Below the pieces are notes generated by a model that was not told the DNA's origin, made no database searches, and was given only the letters and a program-made list of their open reading frames with translations. DNA of 64,000 nucleotides from Malacoraja senta. Lineage: Eukaryota. Shown one piece after another: positions 48,849 to 62,395 of this stretch. The translations under genes and the position numbers were made by a program. Position 1 is the stretch's first letter, and the number at the start of each line of letters is the position of its first letter. The stretch covers positions 5,208,001 to 5,272,000 of the forward strand of contig CM075989.1 in NCBI GenBank assembly GCA_038087875.1. Direction: 5' to 3'.

Positions 48849-49547
48849 CATTCAGACCTGTTTTATAGAAAGCAGGAAAGCAGATGCTGACAAAATAGGA
48901 GACAAAGATCTGGAATAAATCAGGCAGCGTCTGTGGAAACCATGTATAGGTGATGTTTCACGTCAGAACCGTTCCTCAGACTCACTCGTTCTATGTTCAC
49001 TTTCACATCAACTCTATATATTATTTCCACACAAAGGGTGGTGGGTGTATGGAACGAGCTGCCGGAGGAAGTAGTTGAGGCAGGGACTATTTCAATGTTT
49101 AAGAAGCAATTAGACAGGTACATGGATAGGACAGGTTTAGAGGGTATGGGCTAAACATGGGCAAGTGGGTCTAGTGTATATGGGACATGTTGGTCGGTGG
49201 GGGCAAATTGGGCCAAATGGCCTATTTCCACACTGTATGACTATAACTCTTTAAATGAGGCCATTTATGGAGGCCAATTAACCTACAAACCCACATGTCT
49301 TTGGGATGTGGGAGGAAACTGGAGCACCCGGAGGAAACCCACGCCATCACAGGGAGAACGTGCAAACTCCACATAGACAGCACCTGGCCTCAGGATCTAA
49401 CCTGGGTCTGTGCTGTGAGACAGCAGCTCTACCAACGGCATCACTGTGCCGCCTTCTGCGTGATTTTTCTAGGAAATCTGAAATAGAAATACACCCACTG
49501 GAAACACTCATCCGGTCAGGCAGCATCTAGAGAAGGAAAACCAGAGA

Positions 49548-49890
49548 GTTTAACTCCCCCTCCTATTCCCAATCTGACCTTTCTGTCCTGGGCCTCCTCC
49601 ATTGTCAGAGTGAGGCCCAGCGCAAATTGGAGGAATAGCACCTCATATTTCGCTTGGGCACATTACACCCCAGCGGTATGAACATTGATTTCTCTAACTT
49701 CAAGTAGCCCTTGCTTTCCCTCTCTCTCCATCCCCTCCCCCTTCCCAGCTCTCCGACCAGTCTGACTGTCTCCGACTACATTCTGTCTCTGTCCCGCCCA
49801 CTCCCCTGACATCAGGCTGAAGAAGGGTGTCGACCTGAAACGTCACCCATTCCTTCTCTCCAGAGATGCTGCCTGTCCTGCTGAGTTACT
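49548..49890 (+). mobile_element. Penelope-like 3' fragment
   Basis: FNSP...LSVLGL...LIFRLG...GMNIDF remnant plus terminal repeat. Confidence 0.8.
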
Positions 49891-52274
49891 TTAACCTAGT
49901 TTCTCTCTTCACAGCTGCTGCCTGATTTAGTTTAGTTTAGTTGGAAACAGGCCCTTGGGACCACTGAGCCCATGCCGAGCAACGATCACTGGTTCTGAAG
50001 AAGGGTCTCGACCCGATACGCCACCTACTCCTTCGCTCCATAGATGCTGCCACACCCGCTGAGTTTCTCCAGCATTTTTGTGTCCCTTCGATTTTTCCAG
50101 CATCTGCAGTTCTTTCTTAAACAACTAGTTCTATCCCGCACACTAGGGGTAATTTACACAAGCCAATTAACATACAAACCCACATGCCTTTGGAGTGTGG
50201 AAGGAACATGCGAACTCCACATAGGACCAGAGGTCATAGCCTCAGAATTAAAGGGCGCTCTTTTAGAAAGGAGGTTGAGGAGGAACTTCTTTAATCAGAG
50301 GGTAGTTAATCTGTGGAACTCATTGCCACAGAGGGCTGTGGAGGCCAAGTCAGTGGATATTTTTTTAAGGCAGAGATAGACTAATTCTTGTTTAGAACGG
50401 GTGTCAAGGGTTATGGGGAGACGGTAGGAAAATGAGATTAGGTGGCAGAGATCAGCCATGATTAAATGGAGGAGTAGACTCGATGGGCTGAATGGCCTAA
50501 TTCTATTCCTATAACTTGTACAAACTTCATGCAGACAGCACCGGTAGTCAGGATCGAACCCGGATCTCTTGCGCCGTGAGGCAGCAACTCTACCGCTACT
50601 GTGCCGCCATTTGCTGATTGTTTCCAGCAGTTTCAATTTTAATGTTGACTTTGCTGATTGTGAGAACAATATTAGTTCGAGCACCAGGCTATTCCCCTTG
50701 CTGTTCGACATGACTGTACTGTACTGTGGGATCTTTTGCACTTTCCAGAGAGGCTGGGCAGTGCTAAGAATGAAAAGTTCCCGAAATACTGTGATAGTTG
50801 GAGTCAAATTATCGCCTAGATATTTGCAAAGTATCTGCAGCTGGACTTGAACTCTGAATCTACCTGGTTGCGAGAATGCTGAACACTGAAAGTAAAAGCA
50901 GAAAAATGCAGGAAACACTCAGTAAGTCAGGCAGCATGTGTGGAAAGGGAAGCAGAATGACTGCTTCAAAGTATTTCCAGCCTATTACTGGTAGAGCTGC
51001 TGCCTCACAGCAGCGGAGACTGAGGTTCGATCCTGACCTTGGTTGCTGTCTCTGTGGAGTTTGCACGTTCACTATGTGGGTTTTCTCCGTGTGCTCCAGT
51101 TTCCTCCCACATCCCAAAGGCGTGTGGGTTTGTAGGTTACTTGGCCTCTGTAAATTGTCCCGTTTATGTAGGGGGTCGATGCGAAACTGGGATAACATCG
51201 AGCTGGTAAGTCTGAAGAAGGGTTCGATCCATGTTCTCCATGGATGCTGCCTGATTTACTCCCGAACTTTGTTTCTTTCCCTGTAAACCAGCATCTGCAA
51301 AACATGTTTCTGTAGAACTAGTATGAACAGGTGCGCCGGTTTCCTCCCACATTCCAAAGAAGTGCGGGTTTGTTGGTTAATTGGCCTTTGTGTTGCCCCC
51401 TAGTGCTTCAAGTTCAAGTTTGTGTTTATTGTCACTTAACCAACTAAGATACAGTGAAATTTGAGTTACCATACAGCCACACTAAGTGAAAAGCAACGAT
51501 GCCATTTAACACAATTTAACATAGACATCCACCACAGTGGAATCCACATTCCTCACTGTGATGGATGAGAAAGTGGGACAACATAGAAATGGTATGAATG
51601 ATTGATCGATGTATTGGCATGGAGTCAGTGGGCTGAATGGCCCGTTACCATACTAAATCTGTCATGCACAGATGCCGCCTGACCTATTGAATATTTCCAG
51701 CATTTCTGATTTCTGAAGATGGCTCTCGACCTGAAACGTCACCTCTCCACGTTCTCCAGAGATCCTGCCTGACTTTGTGTCCCTTTGTGTATTAACCAGC
51801 ATTTGCAGTTCCTTGCTTCCACACTATCTGATGTTATTTCTGATTTCCAGTTTTTGCTGCTTTTTATTTTATTTTTGTTATAACTTGAGCCCTACGCATC
51901 ACACTGCTGGTTGACCACGGAATCAATCATTCTTGCAGCAGTTTGCCTGCCACAGGGTTATAGTTTTTCCCTTTTCCCAAGCACTGTGTGAATCTTTGTG
52001 TTGAGTCGGGAGTTTCTCCCATCCGCTGCTGTCTGGCACAGGATGCTTTGGTGTTTGCCCACCCAACAGCACAATCTGTGCCAATGTTTTTCTCCCACCT
52101 CTGTGTCCATTCATTCGACCTTCATGGGAAGTGAAGCAAGAGGAGTTATTTTGGGACTGTCTAGTACACAGCTCCAGTCCTGGCTCAAAGGGGCAGAGGT
52201 TAGCTGCCAAGGCAATGAAAAGTGAGACTGACTTTGAAAGAAGAGCTCCGGCGAGTCCACAGAGACTTATAGAG

Positions 52275-52575
52275 AGTGGGAGAGTCTAGGACTAGAGGGC
52301 ATAGCCTCGGAATTAAAGGACGTTCCTTTAGGAAGGATATGAGGAGGAATTTCTTTAGTCAGAGGGTGGTGAATCTGTGGAGTTCTTTGCCACACACGGT
52401 TGTGGTGGCCAAGTCAATGGATATTTTTAAGGCAGAGATAGATAAATTCTTGATTAGTATGGGTGTCAGGGGTTATGGGGAGAAGGCAGGAGAATGGGGT
52501 TAGGAGAGATAGATTAGCCATGATCGGGATGGGCCAAATGGCCTAATTCTGCTCCTTTCACTTGTAACCTTATGT
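52275..52575 (+). mobile_element. CR1 3' fragment
   Basis: GESRTRGHSL...RVVNLW. Confidence 0.85.
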
Positions 52576-53224
52576 AATTTTACATCATGCCAAACATTCA
52601 TGGGGAGTGGCAGCCATAACACCTGAAAACAAAAGTGCTGGTCACCTAGTAACAGAGACATACAGCGTGGAAACAAGCCCTTCAGCCCATGAGGTCCACA
52701 CTGACCATAAAACCCCTATTCAAAGTGATCCGATAGTAATCCCAGTTCATTCATCCCAAACACCCCACAGATTTTACCTTTGGAAACAAGGAACTGCAGA
52801 TACTGGTTTACAAAACAAAACCACACAAAGTGTTGGTGTAACTCAGCGGTTTAGGCAGCATCTCCAGAGAACATGGATAGGTGATGTTTCGGATCGGGAC
52901 CATCCTTCATATTGAAGTTTCTGGTTTGGACCCATTTTCAGATCTTTTTGTTGATATTCTAAGTGCAATGAACATTCCAACACACACATCTTTGGGGTTG
53001 AGGTAAAAGCTGGCAGCACGGAGGTGCACAGGGTGGAAATATTTAGATGAGGACCTGATGGGCAACATTTTCACATGGGCATATGGAACAAGCTGCCAAA
53101 GGAAGCTCTAAAGGCAGGTACAATTAAAATCTTTAAAAAAAATGTGGACTGGTACATGGAAAGAATAGGTTTCGAGCGATATGGTCCAAATGCAGAGAGG
53201 TGGGACTAACGCAGGTAGATTATC

Positions 53225-53733
53225 TTGTATTTTCCGCTGTTCCAGGTGTCAACTGCTCTACATCAGTGAGACCAAGCACAGGCTTGGCGATCGCTTCGCC
53301 CAACACCTCCGCTCGGTTCGCAATAACCAACCTGATCTCCCTGTGGCTCAGCACTTTAACTCCCCCTCCCATTCTGAATGCGACCTTTCTGTCCTGGACC
53401 TCCTCCATGACCAGAGTGAGTTCCACCGCAAATTTGAGGAACAGCACCTCATATTTCGCTTGGGTAGTTTACACCCCAGCGGTATGAACATTGACTTCTC
53501 CAATTTCAGGTAGTCCTTGCTTTCTCCCTCCTTCCCCTCTCCTTCCTAACTCTCCCACAGCCTCCGCCTCTTTCTTTCTTTTTCCCGCGCCCCCCCGACA
53601 TCAGTCTGAAGAAGGGTCTCGACCCAAAACATCACCTATTCCTTCACTCCATAGATGCTGCCTCACCCGCTGAGTTTCTCCAGCTTTTTTGTCTACCTTC
53701 GATTTTTCCAGCATCTGCAGTTCTTTCTTAAAC
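53225..53733 (+). mobile_element. Penelope-like 3' fragment
   Basis: CSRCQLLYISETKHRLGDRFAQH...GMNIDF plus terminal repeat. Confidence 0.85.
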
Positions 53734-53747
53734 AACGGGTAGATATT

Positions 53748-54959
53748 TTTTTTTATTAACATTTTTTTTAAAAATTGTTATTTATTAGAAGTACATTACA
53801 TTACAACCAATTACATTAGTACTGATCACGTATATCTTATTACAATTAATGTACTCTGTCATTTTTTACACTAATAAAAAGGAAAGGTTGAGATTAAGAA
53901 AAAAGAGAAAGTGAAGGAAAATAGTGAAGGTGAAAAAACGTGACAACAGGAAAGAACAGAGACCCTGTAGAAAAGAAATTAAGAAAGGATTAAGAGATAG
54001 ACCTTAAAGAAGAAGAAAAAAGAGAAAGAGGAAAAAAGAGAAAAACAAATACTTTATTATAAGCATCACGCAAATGGGATATACCAACTCTCCAGCTTTC
54101 ATCCCCCTTTACCTGACCTCAGTTTTTTTAAAGTACTTTTGCACCCTATACTTGTAATAATTCTATAAATGCAGACCACGTCAGGTGGAAGTGATCTGGT
54201 TTACCTGCCAGGAGGAGTCTTATCTCTTCTAGGTGTAATGTTTCCAACATATTTGAAATCCACATGTTTATAGTTGGTATCGGAGCGTTTTTCCAGAATT
54301 TCAGGATTAACTTTTTTCCAGTTATTAACCCGTAATCTATTAATTTCTTTTGAAACACATTTAGTTCAGGGCTATCTTCCGTTGTTCCGAAGATAATCCA
54401 TTCTGCTTTTGGTGTCAGTTTTATTTTAAATAATTTTGTAAAGATTTCAAAAATTTCGATCCAAAATTTTTGTACAAAAAACAAATGAGTGCACTATAGT
54501 AGCTTCTTGAGTTGACATTTATCACAAATGGATGATACATTGGGGAAAATTTTATTAATTTTAGTTTTTGAATAATATAATCTATGTAAAATTTTAAATT
54601 GTATTAAAGTGTGTCTTACATTAATCGAACATTTATGCACGTTTAATAAATGTTCATTCCACCTTTCCTTTGAGATTTTAATAGCTAATTCTTGTTCCCA
54701 GTCTCTTCTAATACCTTCCGTAGATGGTATTTCTACATTTAAGATAATATTATACAAATATGATATTAAGTTTGCTGATTCAGCTTTTATCTGCGTTGCT
54801 TCATCCAATACATCTGCTGGGATATTATAATGATCTTTTGTATATTTTTTCAAATAGTCACATATTTGAAAATATTTAAAGTATTGATTATTTCCCAGTT
54901 TATATTTTATTTGTAATTGTTGGAATGATAGTAATTTTCCAGTTTCATACAAGTCACCG
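53748..54959 (-). mobile_element. L1-clade LINE 3' end
   Basis: IQFKILHRLY...CDKC Cys-rich domain, ILKFWK...W; poly(A) tail; 14-bp TSD AACGGGTAGATATT at 53734-53747 and 54960-54973. Confidence 0.88.
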
Positions 54960-55561
54960 AACGGGTAGATATTAATAGACAATAGACAATAGGTGCAGGA
55001 GTCCGGCCCTTCGAGCCAGTACCGCCATTCAAGGTGATCATGGCTGATTGTGGTTCCTGCCTTCTCCCCATATCCCCTGACTCCCTATCTAGCTCTCTCT
55101 TGAAAGTATCCAGAGAACTGGCCTCCACCGCCCTTTGAGGCAGAGAATTCCACAGACTCGCAATTCTTATCTTGGTCGGCATGGGCAAGTTGGGCCGAAG
55201 GGCCTGTTTCTGTGTAGTATAACTCTGTACACAATGGAAACAAGCCTGTTTCTTTTTTTGCCACGGTCTGATCAATGCATGACATTCTAACAATGGAATA
55301 GGGAACTATAGGATACCTGTGCCATAATAACAAGATCGCAAAATACAATGCCCACATTCCGAAATCAATTCAAAGCACAATATGTGTAGGAAGGAACTGC
55401 AGATGCTGATTTAAGAAGGGTCTTGACCCGAAACATCACCCATTCCTTCTCTCCAGAGATGCTAACTGTCCCGCTGAGTTACTCCAGCAGTTTGCATCTG
55501 TCTTCAAAGCACAATATGATAATTTCCTGGACTGGATTTAATCTGTCGGGCACTCTGCAGA

Positions 55562-56487
55562 TCAAGTCAAGTCAAGTCAACTTTATTTGTCACATACACA
55601 TACAAGATGTGCAGTGAAATGAAAGTGGCAATGCCTACGGATTGTGCAAAAAACTACAGACCAGAATAGAACAGAATCAGTATTTACATGTAAGAAAATA
55701 TATATTTGTTTAAAGACACAACACAACAGTAAATGAGTCCCTGGTGAGATAAGAGTTTACAATCCTGACGGCCTGTGGGAAAAAACTCCGTCTCATCCTC
55801 TCTGTTTTCACAGCATGACAGCGGAGGCGTTTGCCTGACCGTAGCAGCTGGACCAGTCCGTTGCTGGGGTGGTAGGGGTCCCCCATAATGTTGCTGGCTC
55901 TGGATCTGCACCTCCTGGTGTATAGGTCCTGCAGGGGGGTGAGTGTCGTTCCCATAGTGCGTTCGGCCGAACGCATTACTCTCTGCAGAGCCTTTCTGTC
56001 CTGGGCAGAGCTGTTCCCAAACCAGATTGTGAAGATGCTTCCCACAGCCCCAGAGTAGAAGCACTGGAGGATCATCAGAGAGACTCTGAATTTCCTCAGC
56101 TGAGGTGGTGAAAGCGCTGCGGCAGTGTGTGTTGTCCATGTCAGATCCTCTGTGATGTGGACTCCCAGGTATTTAAAGCAGCTCACCCTATCCACAGTAG
56201 TCCCATTTGTCTCCAGTGGCGTGTACGTCCTCGGATGTTGTGCCCTTCCAAAGTCCACAATCAGCTCCTTAATTTGTGTGACATTCAGGAGGAGGCTGTT
56301 GTCCTGACACCAGAGTGCCAGATCAGCCACCTCCTCCCGGTAGGCCTTCTCATCGTTATCGGAGATCAGGCCCAACACCACAGTGTCATCAGCAAACTTG
56401 ATGATGGAGTTGGAGCTGCACCTGGTCACACAGTCATGTGTGTACAGGGAGTACAGTAGAGGGCTAAGGACGCAACCCTGGGGGCAT
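55562..56487 (-). mobile_element. Rex1/Babar-like LINE RT 3' half
   Basis: PQGCVLSPLLYSLYTHDC...KFADDT...ELIVDF...FKYLGVHI; (GACTT)n tail. Confidence 0.9.
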
Positions 56488-57356
56488 TTCAGTCTAGTTT
56501 CGTGAAATCCAGCAGGCATGAGGTTGGACTAATTCAAGCCCTTGTCAACATTCTTGCAAATGTGCATCTTGGATCCAAGTTACAATTAGTAAGTTTACCA
56601 CTGAGTTCCTTTTGGAGTCTGCCAAGCCTCACCCGAGGAGTTAAACATGGAAAGGGGAATATTATTCACTGGCCATGGAGAGGCTCCAAAGACACAACCC
56701 TGTTTGTGCCAAACTAATGACGTGTATTAGTTGCTTCATTAAAAAGCTCTCATTGCCAAGGACATTGTTGGGAACTAATTTGGAGCCTGAAAGATTTCAT
56801 TGTATTTTTTCATGAAGCAAATTGGAAGATAAATATGCACTTTTAAAATTGTGAAATCCAAACGTTTGTTCCGTTTGTCACGGGATTTAAACTCAGCATT
56901 GTTCATGGAGCTCAGGTCATGGAGCAGAGTGGAATAGCCACAGATGAATGGCTTGTAATGTGCATTCGTTCAAGAGCCGAAAGCAAATTGGGTTTGGTGA
57001 ATTCTGTGAGTGTACAAAAGCAGTACACTCGAGAATAACGGGCTGAATTGGAATCTTTATTGCAGGTTGATAGCATTCTCTTCGCGAAATACATCAGGCT
57101 GTCTTCTGCAACAAAATTAAAGCAAAAGAACATACTCATCAGTTCAGACATCACTAGTGGAGAGAGAGGGAAACAGAGTTAATCTTTCATGCCAATCAAG
57201 AAGGGTCCAGACCCGAAACGTCCTCTATTCCTTTTCTCCGGAGACCACTGAGTTACTCCAGTATTTTGTGCCCAACTTTGGTGTAAACCAGCACCTGCAG
57301 TTCCTTCTACATATTTTGCAACAGAACTGGGTAAAGCTAGAATCTGAACATGCTTT

Positions 57357-57680
57357 GATTGATTGATTTGAAGATACAGCATGGAAACAGGCTCTTCGGC
57401 CCATCGAGTCCACGCCAACCATCGTTCACCGGTTCACCCAGTTCTATGTTATCCCACTTTCCCATCCACTCCTTACGCACTGGCGGCCAATTTTACAGAG
57501 GCCAATTAACCTGCAAACCAGCACGTCCGAGATGTAGGAGGAAACTGGAGCACCTGGAGGAAGCCCACACGGTCACAAGGAGAATGTGCGAACTTCACAC
57601 AGACAGCGCCCGAGGTCAGGATCGAACCTGGGTCTCTGGCTCTGTGAAGCAGCAGCTCTACCGGCTGCACCACCGTGCCT
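57357..57680 (-). mobile_element. HE1-type V-SINE
   Basis: Head, core, tail. Confidence 0.8.
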
Positions 57681-57910
57681 TGGAGATGCGAAGAATGGAG
57701 GGAACAAAGGGGAAAATGTGTGGAAGGTGAAGAATAAGTGAGACTGAAGGATATACAGTAGATGGTGGTGTGAAGCTTTGTTAATCACAAGTCCTCTGCC
57801 AGTTTGATTCACCATTTCACTCTGACCTTTCATCCTATACTGTTCCAACAATGCACTGCATAAGCTTTGAGGAATAGCATCTCACCTACCGAGTTTAGTA
57901 TAGTAAACTC

Positions 57911-58755
57911 GGTGGGTGGCACGACTCTCGTTTGCAGCGGCCTCTGCAGTCCGTCTGTCTTTTTATTATTTTTGTCTCATTTTTATGTAGTGTGTGTGTG
58001 GGGGGGGGGGGGGGGGGACTTTAAAATCTTTCCGCTGCACGGGAGACCCGACCTTTTCTTTGTCGGGTCTCCGTTGTCGTTGGGGCTGGGCAACGTGGAG
58101 CGGCCTCCAGCAGGAACGACCTGGGGCTCCAGTTGCGGAGCTGCGGACTACTCACCGTCACGGGGCTGGCCGAGTCCGGAGCGGGTGGAGCTGTGGTGGA
58201 AACAATCGCTGCTGCTACCCGACCCCCGGAGATTCGGAGGCTACAACCGCGGGTCTGGCGGACGGCAACACCGGAAGCCCGCGGGTCCCCTGGTGGGAGA
58301 CCGCTTTTCGGGGCTTCCGCAGCGGCGACTTCTCCTGCTCGAGTTGCGGGGTTGAAGAGCACCTGGAGCGGGGCTTTACATCATCCCCCCGCGCGGCTTG
58401 GAATGGCCGCGGGACTTTGCGGGCGCACGCCGGGGCTCTAACACCAAGACCCGGTGCGCGACCTTGCATTAACCGGCGTGGCTTTAATGGCCATGGGATA
58501 ATCACCATCGCCCGCCGGGGGCTTTGACTTTGACTCTGACATGGGGGGGGGGGGGGAGTGCAGTGGAGAGATAAGTTTTGTTTGCCTTCCATCACAGCGC
58601 TGTGATGGATGTATGTGTAAATTGTGTTGTGTCTCGGGTCTTCTTGGTTTTGTAATGTATGGCTGCAGAAACGACATTTCGTTTGGACCTCAAGGGGTCC
58701 AAATGACAAATTTGTCCAAAAGACAAAAGACAAAGACAAATAAATTGTATTGTAT
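57911..58755 (+). mobile_element. GC-rich non-autonomous retroelement, copy 5
   Basis: Hairpin 58042-58072, palindrome 58588-58609, 3' stem 58682-58703. Confidence 0.75.
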
Positions 58756-58955
58756 AGACGCAAAAGCTGGAGTAAGCTGGAGTCAGGTAGAATCTCTGGA
58801 GAACAGGAATAGGTGACGTTTGGGGTCGAGACCCTTCTTGAAACTGAAGATGGGTCTCGACCCGAAACGTCACTTATTCCTTTTCTCTAGAGATACTAAG
58901 GTCATGAGGTCATAAGTGATAGGAGCAGAATTAGGCCATTCGGCCCATCAAGTCT

Positions 58956-59354
58956 TTTTTTTAATTAAAAAAAAAAAAATTAGAAGCAATTTACATACAT
59001 CTTAATCATGATATGCAACATAATACATTTTGTGTACAACTTCTTTTTTAAAAAATAAACTTTAACCAGTAATAGAAAAAGAGAAAAGAGGAAGAAGTGA
59101 AGAATGAGGATAGTAGTGGAGTGTAGTCCGCAGTAGTTGGCGTTAAATAAATGATGATGGTTATGTAAACTGCGTGCTTGAAAGTGTGAAAAACAAAACA
59201 AAAAAAACAAAGGTCCCAAAAAGAAGAGGGCCTTAAGAAAAGAAAGGAAATAAGTAAGAATCCAAAGAAGGTAATGCTAAACAAAAAAGAAAGGGGATGT
59301 GCCTAATTCATAATGATTCACACCCATCACCTAGTTCTAAAACAATTACCTTAT
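58956..59354 (-). mobile_element. Poly(A)-tailed insertion, probably an L1 3' UTR fragment
   Basis: 14-bp TSD GGCCCATCAAGTCT at 58942-58955 and 59355-59368 within a CR1 tail. Confidence 0.7.
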
Positions 59355-59910
59355 GGCCCATCAAGTCTACTCCTCCATTCAATCATGGCTGATCTATCTC
59401 TCCCTCCTAACCCCATTCTGCTGCCTTCTCCCCATAACCCCTGGAACCTGTACTAATCAATAATCTATCTATCTCTGCCTTTAAAATATCCATTGACTTG
59501 GCCTCCACGGCCTTCTGTGACAAAGAATTCCACAGATTCACCACCCTCTGACTAAAGCAATTCCTCCTCATCTCCTTAAAGGAACGTCTCTTAATTCTGA
59601 GACTATGACCCCTAGTCCTAGACTCTCCCACTAGTGGAAACATCCTCTCCACATCCACTCTATCCAAGCCTTTCACTATTTGAAAAAATCCGATGAGGTC
59701 CCCCATCATTCTTCTAAACTCCAGCGAGTGCAGGCCCAGTGCTGTCAAACGCTCATCATATATTAACCCACTCATTCCTGGGATCATTCTTATAAACCTC
59801 CTCTGAACCCTCTCCAGAGCCAGCACATCCTTCCTCAGATATGGTGCCCAAAATTGCTCATAATACTCCAAATGTGGACTGACCAGCGCTTGATAGAGCT
59901 TCAGTGTTAC
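59355..59910 (-). mobile_element. CR1 3' fragment
   Basis: LYQALVSPHLEY...RVVNLWNSL. Confidence 0.9.
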
Positions 59911-60344
59911 ATCTGATACTGTCTGACCCGCTGAGTTACTCCAGCGTTTTATGTCTATCTTCTGCTTATACCAGCATCTGCAGTTCCTTCCTTCACCTTC
60001 CAATTAGAAACATTACAGTCTTCAGGACCCAGCATTAAGCTCAACTATAAAAATAGAAAAAAAACAGAAACACTGAACATGTCAGGACGCATCTGTGGAA
60101 AGAGAAACAGCAGATGCTGGAATCTTGAGTAAAACACAGAGTACCGGAGAAACTCGGCAAGTGTAGCTGTGGAGGATATGGACAGAAGAAGTTTCCAGAC
60201 TGAATATAGGCCCTGACCCGAAATAAAAAGCTAATCAAAAGGTTAAAAAAACCTGCAGATGCTGGAAACCTGATAAAGAAAAACAAAGTGTCAGAAATAC
60301 TCGGTGAATTTGGGGGAGAGAGAAGCAAAGTTAGTGCTTCAAGA

Positions 60345-60701
60345 TTGATAAGGGTTTGGACACACTAGAGGCAGGAAACATGTTCCCGATGTTGGGGGAG
60401 TCCAGAACCAGGGGCCACAGTTTAAGAATAAGGAGTAAGGAGTAGAACGGAGACGAGGAAACACTTTTTCTCACAGAGAGTGGTGAGTCTGTGGAATTAT
60501 CTGCCTTGGAGGGCGGTGGAGGCTGGTTCTCTGGATGCTTTCAAGAGAGAGCTAGATAGGGCTCTTAAAAATAGCGGAGTCAGGGGATATGGGGAGAAGG
60601 CAGGAACGGGGTACTGATTGGGGATGATCAGCCATGATCACATTGAATGGCGGTGCTGGCTCTAAGGGCCGAATGGCCTACTCCTGCACCTATTGTCTAT
60701 T
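60345..60701 (+). mobile_element. CR1/HER1 3' fragment
   Basis: Near-identical to 2282-2640 in the opposite orientation. Confidence 0.9.
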
Positions 60702-60917
60702 GATGACCTTGATCAGAACCAGGAAAAGTTAGAAACTGAACATGACTTAAGCTGTAAGTAGACAAAAAATGCTGGAGAAACTCAGCGGGTGAGGCAGCAT
60801 CTATGGAGTGAAGGAGTAGGTGATGTTACGGGTCGCGACCCTTCTTCCTACTACTTTTTTGTCTACTTTCAATTTTTCCAGCAACTGCAGTTCCTTCTTA
60901 AACATGACTTAAGCTGT

Positions 60918-61184
60918 AGTTTAGTTTAGTTTAGAGATACAGACTAACCCACCGAGTCCGCACTGACCAGCAATCCCCGCACATTAACACTATCCTACAC
61001 ACACTGGGGACAATTTTCCATTTATACCAAAGCCAATTAACCTACAAACCTGTACGTCTTTGGAGTGTGGGAGGAAACCGAAGATCTCGGAGAAAACCCA
61101 CGCAGGGAGAACGTACAAACTCCGTACAAACAGCACCCGTAGTCAGGATTGAACTTGGGTCTCTGACGCCCCGCCGTGCCGCCC
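60918..61184 (-). mobile_element. HE1-type V-SINE
   Basis: Core and tail. Confidence 0.82.
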
Positions 61185-61666
61185 TGTAGAGAAGGAGTAG
61201 GGATGGCAGAGCATTAGAGAGAACCAAGGGAATGTCTGTGATCAGGTGGAAATCAAGAGAAACCAAATGGCATCAAAGGTGAAATGTCTGAAAATATCAC
61301 CTCTGTTTCTCCCTCCACAGGTGCTGCCCGACTTGATTCGTGTTTTCACCATTTTCAGCTTTTTTTTCCAGATTTACAATATCAGCATTTTTTGGTTTAT
61401 CTTTTTTTAAAAACGATTTCAACTATTTCAGATAACGAGCCGTTCCAGTTTGTGTGAGAACTGGCCCGCTCTGGGGGGTACGATGATCCTGTACATTTGG
61501 GCTTTGGGCTTTGTCATCCACAGGTGCTGCCTGGCCACCTGCTAGCCCCAATGTGATCAGTTCTTGCAACTGTGGTGTTATATATCTCCCAGTTCCAACA
61601 CTATTCCTCGCCCTTCTTTACTCATTTATCACCTTCTATTTACAGTTGCGTTAAAATCAACTACAA

Positions 61667-62395
61667 AATACATCCACTAAATGCTCCTTAAATGCCAGAC
61701 ACTGCCTGATACAGTTCAAAGTGCTGCACAGGCTATACTACTCAAAAACCAAACTGAGCAAGATTTTCCCCAGTGTTTCCCCTCTTTGTGATAAATGTCA
61801 GTCTCGAGAAGCCACAGTTTTGTACTGTGTACAAAAATAGAAAGTTTTTGGACGGGAGCATTCAGCGTCATCTCCAAAGCACTGAAAATCCCATTCGAGC
61901 CAGACCCAAAATTGATAATACTGGGATTATCAGAGGCATGTAGCAATCTAACGGTCTTTCAACTACGCTTTCTTGATTACAGTCTAATATCAGCAAAAAA
62001 ATTTATACTTAAATTCTGGAAAAAGACAGCAGTCCCTCCAGTGAAGATGTGGATTACAGAAATGACGGACACACTACATCTAGAGAGAATTAGGTTTGTG
62101 ATGAATGATAAACCCGAACAATTTTTTAAAATATGGTCTCCTTTTATAGAATTTCTTGAGCAACACAATAGTTGAACACAAATTCGAAACTTTATAGGGC
62201 TGGGTGAGCGGGCGTATGGATGGGTCGATTGATATGTCTCCTCTCTTTTCTTTCTTTCTTTTCTCTCTCTCTTCTCCTTCTCCTCTTCTTAATATAATGT
62301 TCTGTTTGGAAAATGTTAAAATCGAAGCTGTTCACAAAGTTGTAACATAGTCAAGTTTTTTGTACAATTGCTTCAAATAAAATAAATATTTTAAA
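61667..62395 (+). mobile_element. L1-clade LINE 3' end
   Basis: FKVLHRL...CDKC...ILKFWK...IWSPFIEFL; AATAAA and A tail; TSD AAAATCAACTACAA at 61653-61666 and 62396-62409 at a TT|AAAA site. Confidence 0.88.

Noticed and set aside
56912..57154. 80-aa minus-strand ORF with acceptor-like site
   Set aside because: No homology recognised and no supporting gene structure.
61300..61470. Strong-looking splice acceptors (TCCCTCCACAG|G; TATTTCAG|AT)
   Set aside because: The first is part of the degenerate Penelope-derived repeat; the second hits a stop within nine codons in the phase required by exon 1.
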